IMG/VR virus record: IMGVR_UViG_3300020714_000006 | From: a virus | Taxonomy: Duplodnaviria > Heunggongvirae > Uroviricota > Caudoviricetes | DNA length: 64,000 bases | Reading direction: 5' to 3' (one strand) | Shown here: in pieces, positions 36,928-46,219 of the stretch | How positions within the stretch are numbered: the stretch's first letter is position 1 | How the letters are laid out: every line of letters starts with the position of its first letter | The notes under the pieces: model-generated | The model's database searches: none | What the model saw: the letters and a program-made list of their open reading frames with translations, nothing else | What the model was told of the DNA's origin: nothing | Translations under genes and position numbers: made by a program

Positions 36928-37274
36928 TATGCTACCGTATATTCAATATCATCTGGTAATTCAAAATGAAAATTAAACTTTGGAAAACGTTCATGTGCAA
37001 CCTCTAATGCTTCGTCTACTGATTCACCTTGTGATACAAATGTCCCACATTCTTTAAACCACATCATAATTTGATTACCATGTTTCTCAACTTCTAATTC
37101 TACATACTCATATCCCTCATCACTTTCAACAGTATATGATCTAGTAGCGTTGTCAAATAACTCTATAACTGATTTTGGATCTCGTGCATAAGCACGCATT
37201 ATTATTTTATTCCATAAAAATCCACCAATAAACATGCCAAACAAAAATGCACCAATTACTAATAAAATCATCAT
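36927..37274 (-). CDS. Protein with an N-terminal transmembrane helix. It is a paralog of the frameshifted 20831-20994.
   Basis: MMILLVIGAFLFGMFIGGFLWNKIIMRAY. Confidence 0.45.
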   Translation of the reverse strand: MMILLVIGAFLFGMFIGGFLWNKIIMRAYARDPKSVIELFDNATRSYTVESDEGYEYVELEVEKHGNQIMMWFKECGTFVSQGESVDEALEVAHERFPKFNFHFELPDDIEYTVA

Positions 37275-37275
37275 A

Positions 37276-37725
37276 TTATTTTCCTCTTGTTAGTTTACTT
37301 AATAATAAAAAATTGTCATAACTTTGTTGTAAAGCTGGGTTCTCTAATATTTCTTCAGCTTCTTTAATCATTTCTGAAACACCAGCTCTCACAGCTTCCA
37401 TTATAGTAGAAGTTTTCAATCTACACAAGTCTTCCCCATAGACTTCTCTCATACGGTCCCATGCTTCTTTTTGTTCTTGTGTATATGGTGGTATTTCTGG
37501 AGTATAAGTCAACTTATCTACAATAATAGCAGCAATGCGGTCTTCTGCATAACTTCCAGCAGCAATCATTGGTGCAAATGCTGGTTCAATGTTATATCGT
37601 CTAGATCTAGACCCTGGTTTGCATACTGTTAGATGAGTGCCTTCTGGCCAAGAATCGTTAAATTCATTGTCATATTCACGTGCAGGAATATATTTTCTGC
37701 CTTTTTTGATAAAATAAGTAGTCAT
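37276..37725 (-). CDS. Hypothetical protein.
   Basis: 149-aa ORF with no family motif. Confidence 0.4.
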   Translation of the reverse strand: MTTYFIKKGRKYIPAREYDNEFNDSWPEGTHLTVCKPGSRSRRYNIEPAFAPMIAAGSYAEDRIAAIIVDKLTYTPEIPPYTQEQKEAWDRMREVYGEDLCRLKTSTIMEAVRAGVSEMIKEAEEILENPALQQSYDNFLLLSKLTRGK

Positions 37726-37778
37726 TGATGGTTCCTGTAATCGTTAAAGTTCTATTATAACAATTACAGGAATAGATG

Positions 37779-38042
37779 TCAAGTAGAAAACTTGATTGTG
37801 TAGAATGTGTAATCTGATGGTTTAATATAAGCTGTTATATAATATTCGTATCCAAGGGTATATGGATGGTAATGTTTAACTACCTCTATATGTATACAAT
37901 GATTACTAACCCATTGTCCTTCTTCAGAATTTAGCCAAATATCTAATATTTCATTCTGTGTCGGTGATGTCATATATATTACCACTCTATGAAATATTTT
38001 TCTTTCATACACGGAGTCGTTAAATATCTTAAAATTATCCAT
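37779..38042 (-). CDS. WFxLRW-family small protein (divergent).
   Basis: C-terminus YTFYTIKFST. Confidence 0.45.
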   Translation of the reverse strand: MDNFKIFNDSVYERKIFHRVVIYMTSPTQNEILDIWLNSEEGQWVSNHCIHIEVVKHYHPYTLGYEYYITAYIKPSDYTFYTIKFST

Positions 38043-38045
38043 GTA

Positions 38046-38231
38046 TTATCCCCACTTTAACAAATACCAAGTAAAATCTGATTCATTTCTAAAGTAGATA
38101 TAGTTTTGAAACTGAAACCATCGGTTGGTATCAACTTTAAATTGTTCAGTACACCAGGTAACTTGGTCCCATCGTGTACTATTACAACTAGATAGCAGTA
38201 CACCATAATAATCGTGTAATTCTTCAGACAT
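38046..38231 (-). CDS. WFxLRW-family small protein.
   Basis: Contains VTWCTEQF and the C-terminus FRNESDFTWYLLKWG. Confidence 0.55.
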   Translation of the reverse strand: MSEELHDYYGVLLSSCNSTRWDQVTWCTEQFKVDTNRWFQFQNYIYFRNESDFTWYLLKWG

Positions 38232-38505
38232 TTTTATAATTGGTACTAGTTTCTTCTTTGTCCCACTTTAAAACAGCCCATGTATATTTTGCTTTTGCTT
38301 CTTCTTCATTGTCATATTTCCAACCAAACTTATTGATTCTATTTTGACTATTCAATATAGAATCATATTCTGTCATCTTATCTGCCGCTGTCCAAAACCG
38401 GTGTCTTAAATTTAAATCTATTTGATAATATTTTTGTTTTCTTACAGAATGTTCAGATAGCGAAAATTTATCAGATTTGTTTAATAATTTATGGCTATTT
38501 CTCAT
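38224..38505 (-). CDS. WFxLRW-family small protein (divergent).
   Basis: C-terminus EEAKAKYTWAVLKWDKEETSTNYKNV. Confidence 0.45.
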   Translation of the reverse strand: MRNSHKLLNKSDKFSLSEHSVRKQKYYQIDLNLRHRFWTAADKMTEYDSILNSQNRINKFGWKYDNEEEAKAKYTWAVLKWDKEETSTNYKNV

Positions 38506-38512
38506 TATTCTC

Positions 38513-38743
38513 TTATTTTTCTTCTTTTTTAGGAACTCTTTCAGACCATCTTAATAAAAAGAAATCACGATGGCCTTCATTTTTAAATGACCATAACCTA
38601 TCAGTCATAAAAATTCCACAATTAGAGCTTTCACTCCAATCAATCATTTCATCGCGTAAATCATCATTCATTTCATCACGGTCAAATGATAGACCTGGTA
38701 GTTTGAACATTCCCACGGATACGTGCTTCATATAACTCTCCAC
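38513..38743 (-). CDS. WFxLRW-family small protein.
   Basis: C-terminus FKNEGHRDFFLLRWSERVPKKEEK. Confidence 0.55.
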   Translation of the reverse strand: MESYMKHVSVGMFKLPGLSFDRDEMNDDLRDEMIDWSESSNCGIFMTDRLWSFKNEGHRDFFLLRWSERVPKKEEK

Positions 38744-38785
38744 ATAAAATTAAAAATAATATTGTATAATAAAACTGGTTAAATG

Positions 38786-39121
38786 TCAACTCAAAAATTC
38801 ACTATACTTTAATAAGAAAAAAGTTCTCTTTGGCTCACTATAAAAATCTAAGTGTATCATATTGGAATAATACCCTCTAGATGGTTGAATCATATAAGTT
38901 TCATCTACAATTTTATTAGCATATTGTTTCATGAATTCATCGTACATTGGATTTTCTATCCATGTACGATGCGACCTTGATGTAAATCCCAAAACTTTCT
39001 TAGTTTTTTCTCTTATGGCTAGAACACTTTTTGGATAATCTTTATACATTTCTATTAATAAATTATGCCATTGCATCTCTGATATTATTACTGGTTTCAT
39101 TGCCACCTCATTAAGAACCAT
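38786..39121 (-). CDS. WFxLRW-family small protein (divergent).
   Basis: C-terminus YSEPKRTFFLLKYSEFLS. Confidence 0.45.
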   Translation of the reverse strand: MVLNEVAMKPVIISEMQWHNLLIEMYKDYPKSVLAIREKTKKVLGFTSRSHRTWIENPMYDEFMKQYANKIVDETYMIQPSRGYYSNMIHLDFYSEPKRTFFLLKYSEFLS

Positions 39122-39309
39122 TGATAATGCGCTGTACTTTCAAATGTGAGAACACGATCTTGATATATTGCATTAAATTTTTGTAATTCAGCATTACGAA
39201 TTTCCAACCACAGTTCTTCATCATTCCCAGACATGCTATCACAATGATCACGAAGATTCAATATTACGGTGTCTGGCATATAACTGATACTTATTTTTAC
39301 TTCATCCAT
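39097..39309 (-). CDS. WFxLRW-family small protein.
   Basis: C-terminus FESTAHYQWFLMRWQ. Confidence 0.55.
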   Translation of the reverse strand: MDEVKISISYMPDTVILNLRDHCDSMSGNDEELWLEIRNAELQKFNAIYQDRVLTFESTAHYQWFLMRWQ

Positions 39310-39560
39310 TTTAATCTAAACCATGTCATTTGGGCACGTTTTAATTTCCTAGCATCAAATTCTACATACCATTCTGTCTCACGACCGTAATCATTCCAGT
39401 GATACCGTTTAATCATTGCCCAACCTTTGCCAGTTATATAGTCGGTAGACCAAAATTTGTGGTCATCTATTGGTCCAAAATGTTTTATTAACCATTCTTG
39501 AAGTTCTGTGTATTCAGGACTATCATATTCTATTAAATCTTTAACTTGTTTTCTAAGCAC
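39297..39560 (-). CDS. WFxLRW-family small protein.
   Basis: C-terminus RKLKRAQMTWFRLKWMK. Confidence 0.5.
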   Translation of the reverse strand: MLRKQVKDLIEYDSPEYTELQEWLIKHFGPIDDHKFWSTDYITGKGWAMIKRYHWNDYGRETEWYVEFDARKLKRAQMTWFRLKWMK

Positions 39561-39897
39561 TGTGTTTTATCAAATAAAATGTTAAATATTCATTATCCAA
39601 AATAGCCATATCAGTTGGATATCTATTGTGTTCGCCTTTGTACCATGTATTGGTATTCGCATTTAAGATTTGTATCTTAACCATCTTTGGATTGAGTTTT
39701 ATAACTTTTGCTACTTCTAATCTATTATAGACACTAACAGCTACAAAATCACCAACTTTGATCTTACGACCGATTATATCAAAATGAACTAGTTCCTTTT
39801 TAGGGGTTCTCTTCTTCTCTGTCATATACTTCCCATGTATTATTTTCATAGTCCCAATGTCTTGTATCATAAACTGTATATTCCAGAGTATAACCAA
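39553..39897 (-). CDS. Hypothetical protein, a possible distant family member.
   Basis: C-terminus YLTFYLIKHSA. Confidence 0.35.
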   Translation of the reverse strand: MVILWNIQFMIQDIGTMKIIHGKYMTEKKRTPKKELVHFDIIGRKIKVGDFVAVSVYNRLEVAKVIKLNPKMVKIQILNANTNTWYKGEHNRYPTDMAILDNEYLTFYLIKHSA

Positions 39898-40090
39898 ACA
39901 ACCCTAATTTAGTATTCAACCCTGCGTGGTCACAGTTAATACTTAAACAAAACTCGATATTAATAATTTGATCTGTGCGATATAGATTAAGTTCCCATGC
40001 TTTATGGGTTGTAAGTAACCCATTTGTCCCCCAAATCAAATTCCAAGTATTAGACCAAGGATTTGAAATTAAAAAATTAAAAGTTATCAT
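39800..40090 (-). CDS. Hypothetical protein.
   Basis: ORF. Confidence 0.35.
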   Translation of the reverse strand: MITFNFLISNPWSNTWNLIWGTNGLLTTHKAWELNLYRTDQIINIEFCLSINCDHAGLNTKLGLFGYTLEYTVYDTRHWDYENNTWEVYDREEENP

Positions 40091-40447
40091 TTATATCACC
40101 AAACAAAATGCAAGATAGCCAATATAACACAAATGATGAAAAAGCTGGTCAAGACCGATATGACACCAAAATTGTTTATCATTCATATCACGATTACCAT
40201 AATTCATTTTAATCCAATCGATATGGTAATGTAAAATTATATCAATTATACCAATAAATAATGCTTGGTTGAATGGAACTATGAATAAGAAAATAGCATA
40301 AGTTAAAAGACCATGTTTAACACTATGCCCTACACCAATCATATTACCATATATGCCTTTTGTCTGAACTTCATCTTGCGATTGATTCATGAAATCCACA
40401 TGGTAATGTTTTAATTGTAAAAATACAAGGACTAATAATATGTCCAT
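40091..40447 (-). CDS. Membrane protein with about four transmembrane helices.
   Basis: Hydrophobic helices with HYH motifs (HYHVDF, HYHIDW). Confidence 0.45.
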   Translation of the reverse strand: MDILLVLVFLQLKHYHVDFMNQSQDEVQTKGIYGNMIGVGHSVKHGLLTYAIFLFIVPFNQALFIGIIDIILHYHIDWIKMNYGNRDMNDKQFWCHIGLDQLFHHLCYIGYLAFCLVI

Positions 40448-40483
40448 AAAAATCTCCGAATTTAAATTATTAGTATACTACAG

Positions 40484-40819
40484 TTATTTGTTATTGTCAA
40501 GGTTTTCTTCAGCTTGACATATTTGTTTAACCATATTGTAATTGTTCTTGGCATTTAATAATGCTGGATACTTTTCAAGTATATCCTTTTCATTCATCTC
40601 TTCTATCATCTTTTGTTTAGCCCATTCTAATATTTGTACTGCTTCAAATGATAAATCTACCGCAGCATCTCCTTGTAATTCGTACCACGCGGTACCAGAA
40701 TTATATTCTACTCTACCATTTTTATACCTCATTTGACCACATTCTGCTAATGGGTCTAAATTGGATGAGTTAAAATTATAAGATGTTAGATATCGCCCTG
40801 TTGTTATTTTATTGATCAT
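40484..40819 (-). CDS. Hypothetical protein.
   Basis: ORF. Confidence 0.4.
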   Translation of the reverse strand: MINKITTGRYLTSYNFNSSNLDPLAECGQMRYKNGRVEYNSGTAWYELQGDAAVDLSFEAVQILEWAKQKMIEEMNEKDILEKYPALLNAKNNYNMVKQICQAEENLDNNK

Positions 40820-40988
40820 AGTTCTTTCACGTTAAATTTTAATAGTAAAAATGTTAAATCTGAATCATTTGTCAGTCTAAGATCCACTAAATTTTTTAAA
40901 TCCCACCGAGTGCCATAGCCACCCCAATTATTATTGATATACCAAATTACTTCCATTGGGTCTTCAAATTTCCAAATTGGTATTGATA

Positions 40989-41234
40989 TCATATTCCAAA
41001 CTTAATCCTAAATAACATATACTTTTGTTCATTTACAATTATGTAGTTTGCAGTAATATACCCATCTATTGTTATAGATATTCCATATGTTTTTTCAATA
41101 TATTCAGACAAATCTGCAAATTTCTTATGACATTCTGTAGATGCAATAGTTCTAATTATTTGATAAAACTTATCACGTTTTATACGTTCTTCGGCTAATT
41201 TTGGATCCATTATTTCCACCTTAATATAAACCAA
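40989..41234 (-). CDS. Hypothetical protein, a possible distant family member.
   Basis: C-terminus KYMLFRIKFGI. Confidence 0.35.
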   Translation of the reverse strand: MVYIKVEIMDPKLAEERIKRDKFYQIIRTIASTECHKKFADLSEYIEKTYGISITIDGYITANYIIVNEQKYMLFRIKFGI

Positions 41235-41443
41235 GTGTACACATCTTCTCTAAGATCATAGCAATTTTCTTCCTGCCAATAATCCTTAAATCTACGGTTT
41301 GCAGTATACCGCCATCCATCTGATTGGTTAATAATCCAATCGTTTATCTCTGGTCTATTAGATCTAATCGTATACCATTTTTCATTTAAATCTTGGACAA
41401 CCCGAACATTTTCATATGGTTTTGTAAATGCAGATGGAACCAA
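41210..41443 (-). CDS. WFxLRW-family small protein.
   Basis: C-terminus DLREDVYTWFILRWK. Confidence 0.55.
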   Translation of the reverse strand: MVPSAFTKPYENVRVVQDLNEKWYTIRSNRPEINDWIINQSDGWRYTANRRFKDYWQEENCYDLREDVYTWFILRWK

Positions 41444-41479
41444 AATATGATTAAAAAAAGATTTCAGAACACAAATTTT

Positions 41480-41701
41480 TCATTCTGAACACCATCTTAA
41501 TGCAAACATTGTTGAATCAATATCACGATATAACGTTAAAACACCACCTTGCATATTAAATTTCATTTTACGTTCTCGAAGCCATTCTGCTACATTATTC
41601 CATTCTACTGTTGTTAGACCTTTTTCGTTATTACTTAATAAAAAGCTATTATTTTCAAATGGCATTTTACGTATTCTCATCCCCACCTCAATGCAAACCA
41701 A
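41480..41701 (-). CDS. WFxLRW-family small protein.
   Basis: C-terminus RDIDSTMFALRWCSE. Confidence 0.5.
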   Translation of the reverse strand: MVCIEVGMRIRKMPFENNSFLLSNNEKGLTTVEWNNVAEWLRERKMKFNMQGGVLTLYRDIDSTMFALRWCSE

Positions 41702-41958
41702 TTACGGTCTGCTTCATCCTTTATTAAAATTCTTTCAGATCCAAGCCAACACCATTTAGGATTTACTTCACCCATACATGCTATTTCCTCATATTCATAG
41801 TATTCACAACTTGGTCCAAACTGTTCCCAACACCATTGGCGGATATCACGTACTCTAGCCATATTTTCTGATTTATTATAATGATACATTAACGCCATAT
41901 AGGTAAAATATGAATTACCATTGTGTCTACCATCCATCTTTTGTATTTTTATTTTCAT
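41677..41958 (-). CDS. WFxLRW-family small protein, the first gene of the minus-strand array.
   Basis: Contains IRQWCWEQFGP and the C-terminus IKDEADRNWFALRWG. Confidence 0.6.
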   Translation of the reverse strand: MKIKIQKMDGRHNGNSYFTYMALMYHYNKSENMARVRDIRQWCWEQFGPSCEYYEYEEIACMGEVNPKWCWLGSERILIKDEADRNWFALRWG

Positions 41959-41985
41959 AATTTAATCTAAATTTAGTAAATGTCC

Positions 41986-42014
41986 ATTATATTACAAATG
42001 ATGTTGAATGTCAA
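41986..42014 (-). promoter_or_regulatory. Sigma70 consensus promoter on the minus strand, driving the minus-strand array.
   Basis: The reverse complement reads TTGACA(42014-42009), a 17-nt spacer, then TATAAT(41991-41986). Confidence 0.65.
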
Positions 42015-42021
42015 TAAATAA

Positions 42022-42840
42022 ATGATGAGAATACTAGTTACCGGCGCCAACGGGTTCATTGGACGAAATATGCTTGAATGGTTAGCACAAGAAGAATTCT
42101 GGGATGTTGAAATCTGGAACTGGGATCCAAATAACTATCCTGATGTACGACGATATAAATGGGTTATCCACTTAGGAGCGGTTACCGATACTAGTGATAA
42201 AGATGTTGATACCATTATACACAAAAACTATGAGTTTAGTCAATGGCTTTTTCAAGAATGCAATAAAAATAAAGTTCATTTGCAATATGCGAGTACACAT
42301 GATGTATATGGAACTAATAAGAATTTTAGTGAATTTGCACCTTGTCATCCACATACCCCATATGCTTGGTCAAAATACTTATTTGATAGATGGGTTTTTC
42401 AACAAGAACACAGTGTTTATGTCCAAGGATTCAGGTACTTCAATGTATATGGAAAATATATGTATACCAAGGGAAGTCGTGCAGATATTATGTATAAATG
42501 GAGAGAAGAAGCAAAGTCAACTGGAACTATAAAAGTATGGAATAATGCAGAACACATAAAACGCGATTGGGTATGGGTTGGTGATGTTTGTAGATTACAT
42601 ATTGATTTTATTAAACAAGTCAATGGATCTGGAATCTGGAATGTTGGGACTGGGTTATCACACTCGTATTTTGACATCGCTACTGAAATAGCAGAACAAG
42701 AAGATGCTGTTATAGAATTTGTAGAAGCTGGTACTACAGAAAGATATGATGTAAAGGCAGATTTGAAACATCTTAAAGCAACTATTGGAAAACGTAAATG
42801 GTTGAATATATATGAATGGATTGATAGACGAAATGGATAA
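42022..42840 (+). CDS. hldD: ADP-L-glycero-D-manno-heptose 6-epimerase-like SDR.
   Basis: ILVTGANGFIGRN Rossmann motif, YASTHDVYG, YAWSKYLFDRW (the YxxxK motif), GFRYFNVYG, KRDWVWVGDV and GIWNVGTG closely parallel HldD/RfaD motifs. Confidence 0.8.
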   Translation: MMRILVTGANGFIGRNMLEWLAQEEFWDVEIWNWDPNNYPDVRRYKWVIHLGAVTDTSDKDVDTIIHKNYEFSQWLFQECNKNKVHLQYASTHDVYGTNKNFSEFAPCHPHTPYAWSKYLFDRWVFQQEHSVYVQGFRYFNVYGKYMYTKGSRADIMYKWREEAKSTGTIKVWNNAEHIKRDWVWVGDVCRLHIDFIKQVNGSGIWNVGTGLSHSYFDIATEIAEQEDAVIEFVEAGTTERYDVKADLKHLKATIGKRKWLNIYEWIDRRNG

Positions 42841-42864
42841 ATATATGATTAGAAGGATTAAATC

Positions 42865-43218
42865 ATGAGAGCAAATGAATTTTTAAAAGAAGCAAAACTT
42901 GGTGTAGAAGCTAAACGAGCAATGCGTGAGGGAAGTCGTCCAGGACGTGGGCACAAACCGGAAGCATGTTATAATATGGATGAAGAATTTGAATTGGATG
43001 AAGCTGGAAAAACACCAAAATCAGTTTGCTTAAGTAAAAAAACTGACAAAGAATTAGGTGCTAGTCAACTTTCATCTTGTAAAGCACAAGGTTTAAGAAA
43101 ACGTGATACAAAACGTAAGTTTAAAACTGGTGGAAGTGATGTACCAAAAAGTATTAAAGGGAAGAAAGTACGTAGCTCAGATTATGGTGGCCCGTTGCCA
43201 AAATGGAAAGGTAACTAA
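42865..43218 (+). CDS. Basic protein, possibly an internal virion or ejection protein.
   Basis: Lys/Arg-rich ORF upstream of a lysozyme-like gene. Confidence 0.35.
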   Translation: MRANEFLKEAKLGVEAKRAMREGSRPGRGHKPEACYNMDEEFELDEAGKTPKSVCLSKKTDKELGASQLSSCKAQGLRKRDTKRKFKTGGSDVPKSIKGKKVRSSDYGGPLPKWKGN

Positions 43219-43796
43219 TGAGATTCCAAGAATTCAAGGTATTAAAAGAATTAGCAAGTCCACTGAGTATTATATCACAGGCTGCTGATCTCGCTACTAA
43301 ATATTCAAACCCATTTTCTGCATTAGGGATTAGTAGTGGAAATGATACTAGTGGTAATACTGCTAGTAATCTTCCAGGTGACCAAAATATTAAAATTGGG
43401 TCAGGTGGTACAGGGTCTATAAATAAAAATGAAGTATCATCATATTTAAAATCAAAAATGGATGATAACCATAGATTAGGTATTTTAGCCAATATAGAAG
43501 GTGAGTCACATTTTCAACCAGGAGTATTAGGTGATAAAAATACAAGTGGTGGATTATTTCAACATCATAATGAGAGATTTACTAATATGGTAAATTACGT
43601 TGGAAGTGATTGGGCTACTGATTGGAAAAATCAAATTGATTTTGCATTATCAGAACCAGAAGGTAAACAATATTTGGCAACTAGATTTAGGACACCAGAA
43701 CAGGCAACTGAATGGTGGGTTAGAAATTTTGAAAGACCAAAATATGCAACATCTGATACAAATAAACGTATTGGTTATTTAAAAAATTTTGGATAA
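43218..43796 (+). CDS. Phage tail lysozyme-like protein.
   Basis: NIEGESHFQPGVLGD...SGGLFQHHNERFTNMVNY..W resembles the phage tail lysozyme domain. Confidence 0.45.
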   Translation: MRFQEFKVLKELASPLSIISQAADLATKYSNPFSALGISSGNDTSGNTASNLPGDQNIKIGSGGTGSINKNEVSSYLKSKMDDNHRLGILANIEGESHFQPGVLGDKNTSGGLFQHHNERFTNMVNYVGSDWATDWKNQIDFALSEPEGKQYLATRFRTPEQATEWWVRNFERPKYATSDTNKRIGYLKNFG

Positions 43797-43819
43797 CATT
43801 ATACTAAGTTAAATACCTA

Positions 43820-44389
43820 ATGAATTTAGGTAATATAGTAGGTAATTTAATAATAGCACCACCATCAGTCAAAGGCAACTTTTGGTATAAAACAGTTATA
43901 ATGATAGTTGAACATTATAATTATGGAAGTATAGGTCTAGTCCTTAATAAACGTAGTAATCTAACTATTAATGAGTTGGGTGAAAAAGTAGGACTAGACT
44001 TTGATATACCAGGATTTGTTTATAATGGTGGACCAATTAGTCCCAATAGTCTTTCATTGATACATTCAAATGAATGGGAGTGTAAAAATACATTAAGAAT
44101 CAATGATAACTTTTCATTAAGTTCATCAGATAAGATTCTGCCAAGACTTGCCAATGGTGACTTTCCAAATAAATGGAGATTGATGTTTGGGATGTGTGGA
44201 TGGGCCAATGACCAACTGCGCTCAGAAATATCGGGAACTCCACCGTATAATCATACCAATAGTTGGTGTACAGCTTCAAGCGACATTGATTTGGTATTTG
44301 ACCAAGATCAAAAAACACAATGGCAAAATGCGTTAGAAAAATCCGCAGAAGATTTTGCAAAATCAATTGAATTTAAAAGTAAAATATAA
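43820..44389 (+). CDS. yqgE: YqgE/AlgH (UPF0301/DUF179) family protein.
   Basis: GNLIIAPPSVKGNFWYKTVIMIVEHYNYGSIGLVLNKRS..VYNGGPIS..LSLIHS....GWANDQLRSE follows the YqgE pattern. Confidence 0.65.
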   Translation: MNLGNIVGNLIIAPPSVKGNFWYKTVIMIVEHYNYGSIGLVLNKRSNLTINELGEKVGLDFDIPGFVYNGGPISPNSLSLIHSNEWECKNTLRINDNFSLSSSDKILPRLANGDFPNKWRLMFGMCGWANDQLRSEISGTPPYNHTNSWCTASSDIDLVFDQDQKTQWQNALEKSAEDFAKSIEFKSKI

Positions 44390-44400
44390 GATTACAGATT

Positions 44401-44913
44401 ATGGATTGTTTATTACTAAATGCATCAGGAATGCCTGTTAGTATAATGCCACTCAGCACTATATCATGGCAGGATTCAATAAAATATATGGTTTTAGAAA
44501 AAGCCGATGTTGTGCTGTGGCACGACAATTGGACCATTCGCTCTGCAAATTGGAAAACTAATGTCCCAGCTGTTCTAATGCTCCGTGAATATTTAAAACC
44601 AAAAACTACAGTAAAATTTAGTCGGGCAAGTTTACTGGTAAGAGATGATGGAATATGTCAATACTGCGGAACTACACTTAATTTAAAAACTGCTACAATA
44701 GATCACGTTATCCCATCATCAAAAGGTGGAAGAACTAGTTGGAATAATTGTGCACTGTCATGTTCAAAATGTAATTCGGAAAAGGGAAATTCCTATCCAT
44801 GGAAGAGCCCATATAATACTCCTTATAAACCTGATTATTTTGAATTAGTAAACAAACGTAAGAAATTTGGTTTTGAAGTTAAACATAAGGAATGGTTACA
44901 TTATATTTTTTAA
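44401..44913 (+). CDS. HNH endonuclease.
   Basis: CQYCG...[27 protein letters not shown]. Confidence 0.75.
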   Translation: MDCLLLNASGMPVSIMPLSTISWQDSIKYMVLEKADVVLWHDNWTIRSANWKTNVPAVLMLREYLKPKTTVKFSRASLLVRDDGICQYCGTTLNLKTATIDHVIPSSKGGRTSWNNCALSCSKCNSEKGNSYPWKSPYNTPYKPDYFELVNKRKKFGFEVKHKEWLHYIF

Positions 44914-45690
44914 CGTATCTGATACAGTTTCTGGTGTCCTAAGCCAGAAAGTATATCCAGCAAACTTTCCTTTTTGTATAATTTCCCCATCATACTTGTT
45001 AATAAGACAATAAATATTTCGTGCTTTAGCACCTATATTTGATGCAAAATCTGGTAGTGATATAAAAACATTAATATTTCCTTTTGGATCTTTTACAATT
45101 AATTTTTTACATTGTTCTCTAGTTTTTTCGTTTCCAATTTTACCGTGTAGTGCCAATTTATTTCTTTCATCGGAATTTAAAAACCGTTTGGATTGTGCAT
45201 TAGAGCAAGTAGCTTTATATATATCCGACATAAATTTTCCTTTATTTTTTGATGGTCTTCCTTTCATAGCTAATGATAATTTTAGATTTTTTCTGCCTGT
45301 ATTAGCAAGTCTTGTTTTTTCCACTGCTTCTCTAGGCATTATTCTTCCTGTACATATTTTGGACATATGTATTTTATATTCTTCGGTATGTTTATATCCA
45401 TGAGCACCTTCACCACCATCAGTTAGATTTCTTAAAATACCAGTTCCATTATTTTTCCTACCATACCATCGAATTACTCTACGTTCAATTGCAAATGCTC
45501 CAATACTACTTAAATTTGATTCAATAATAACTATTCGTTTTTTATCAGTTGGGACTTTTACAGTATGGTCATTTGAGAAAGCTCGATAACCAGTTCCCTT
45601 GCCAATATAGTAAGGGGTTCCATCTTTTTTACGAAGATATGCGTATACATAAAATCTAAAAATAGGATCGTTGTTTGTATAAATATTCAT
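44896..45690 (-). CDS. GIY-YIG homing endonuclease (I-TevI-like).
   Basis: [33 protein letters not shown] plus NUMOD-type repeats ([21 protein letters not shown]). It converges on the HNH gene with an 18-nt overlap. Confidence 0.75.
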   Translation of the reverse strand: MNIYTNNDPIFRFYVYAYLRKKDGTPYYIGKGTGYRAFSNDHTVKVPTDKKRIVIIESNLSSIGAFAIERRVIRWYGRKNNGTGILRNLTDGGEGAHGYKHTEEYKIHMSKICTGRIMPREAVEKTRLANTGRKNLKLSLAMKGRPSKNKGKFMSDIYKATCSNAQSKRFLNSDERNKLALHGKIGNEKTREQCKKLIVKDPKGNINVFISLPDFASNIGAKARNIYCLINKYDGEIIQKGKFAGYTFWLRTPETVSDTLKNIM

Positions 45691-45773
45691 GTTGATACTC
45701 CTTCAAAGTATTAAAGTAGTTAGATGTTGACGCATCGTGAACTACATCTTTATTTATTAAAATTATTAAAATT

Positions 45774-46184
45774 ATGAAAAATATACTTTGGAAAATAGCA
45801 GGATTTATCTTACTAGGATTGGCATATATCGGAGTAATCACCCCAGGGGTCCCCTTTAGCATTTTTATCGTGGGTGCTGCATATTGCTTTTCTAAAAGCA
45901 GTCCTAATATGCATAATTGGATTTATAATCATAAATTATTTGGTCCATTTATTACTAATTGGACACATTATAAGGTATTTCCAATCAAAGCAAAATACCT
46001 CATGGTAGGAATGATGGCTAGTAGTCTAATAATAATGTGGTTTACTACACATAATGAAAAAGCAGTGTTATATGCTGGCATTACAATGTTTCTAGTCGTG
46101 ATATGGGGATGGCGATATCCAGGAAGTATAAAAGAATATGATAATAGAATAGAATTACACAAAAAGATAGGGTGGTTTGTTTAA
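45774..46184 (+). CDS. ybaN: YbaN/DUF454 family inner-membrane protein.
   Basis: GFILLGLAYIGVITPGVPFSIFIVGAAYCFSKSSP....F closely parallels E. coli YbaN. Confidence 0.75.
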   Translation: MKNILWKIAGFILLGLAYIGVITPGVPFSIFIVGAAYCFSKSSPNMHNWIYNHKLFGPFITNWTHYKVFPIKAKYLMVGMMASSLIIMWFTTHNEKAVLYAGITMFLVVIWGWRYPGSIKEYDNRIELHKKIGWFV

Positions 46185-46219
46185 ATAACATAAATATTCA
46201 ATAACCTCAAAGGATTTTT

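Noticed and set aside
42172-42677. Small ORFs overlapping the HldD-like gene (42172-42354-, 42194-42532+, 42417-42677-).
   Set aside because: They lie inside a gene that has strong homology-like motif support in another frame.
43600-43782. Tracked ORFs 43600-43782 and 43154-43492 (minus strand).
   Set aside because: They are embedded in, or antisense to, 43218-43796, which has a recognisable lysozyme-like motif.
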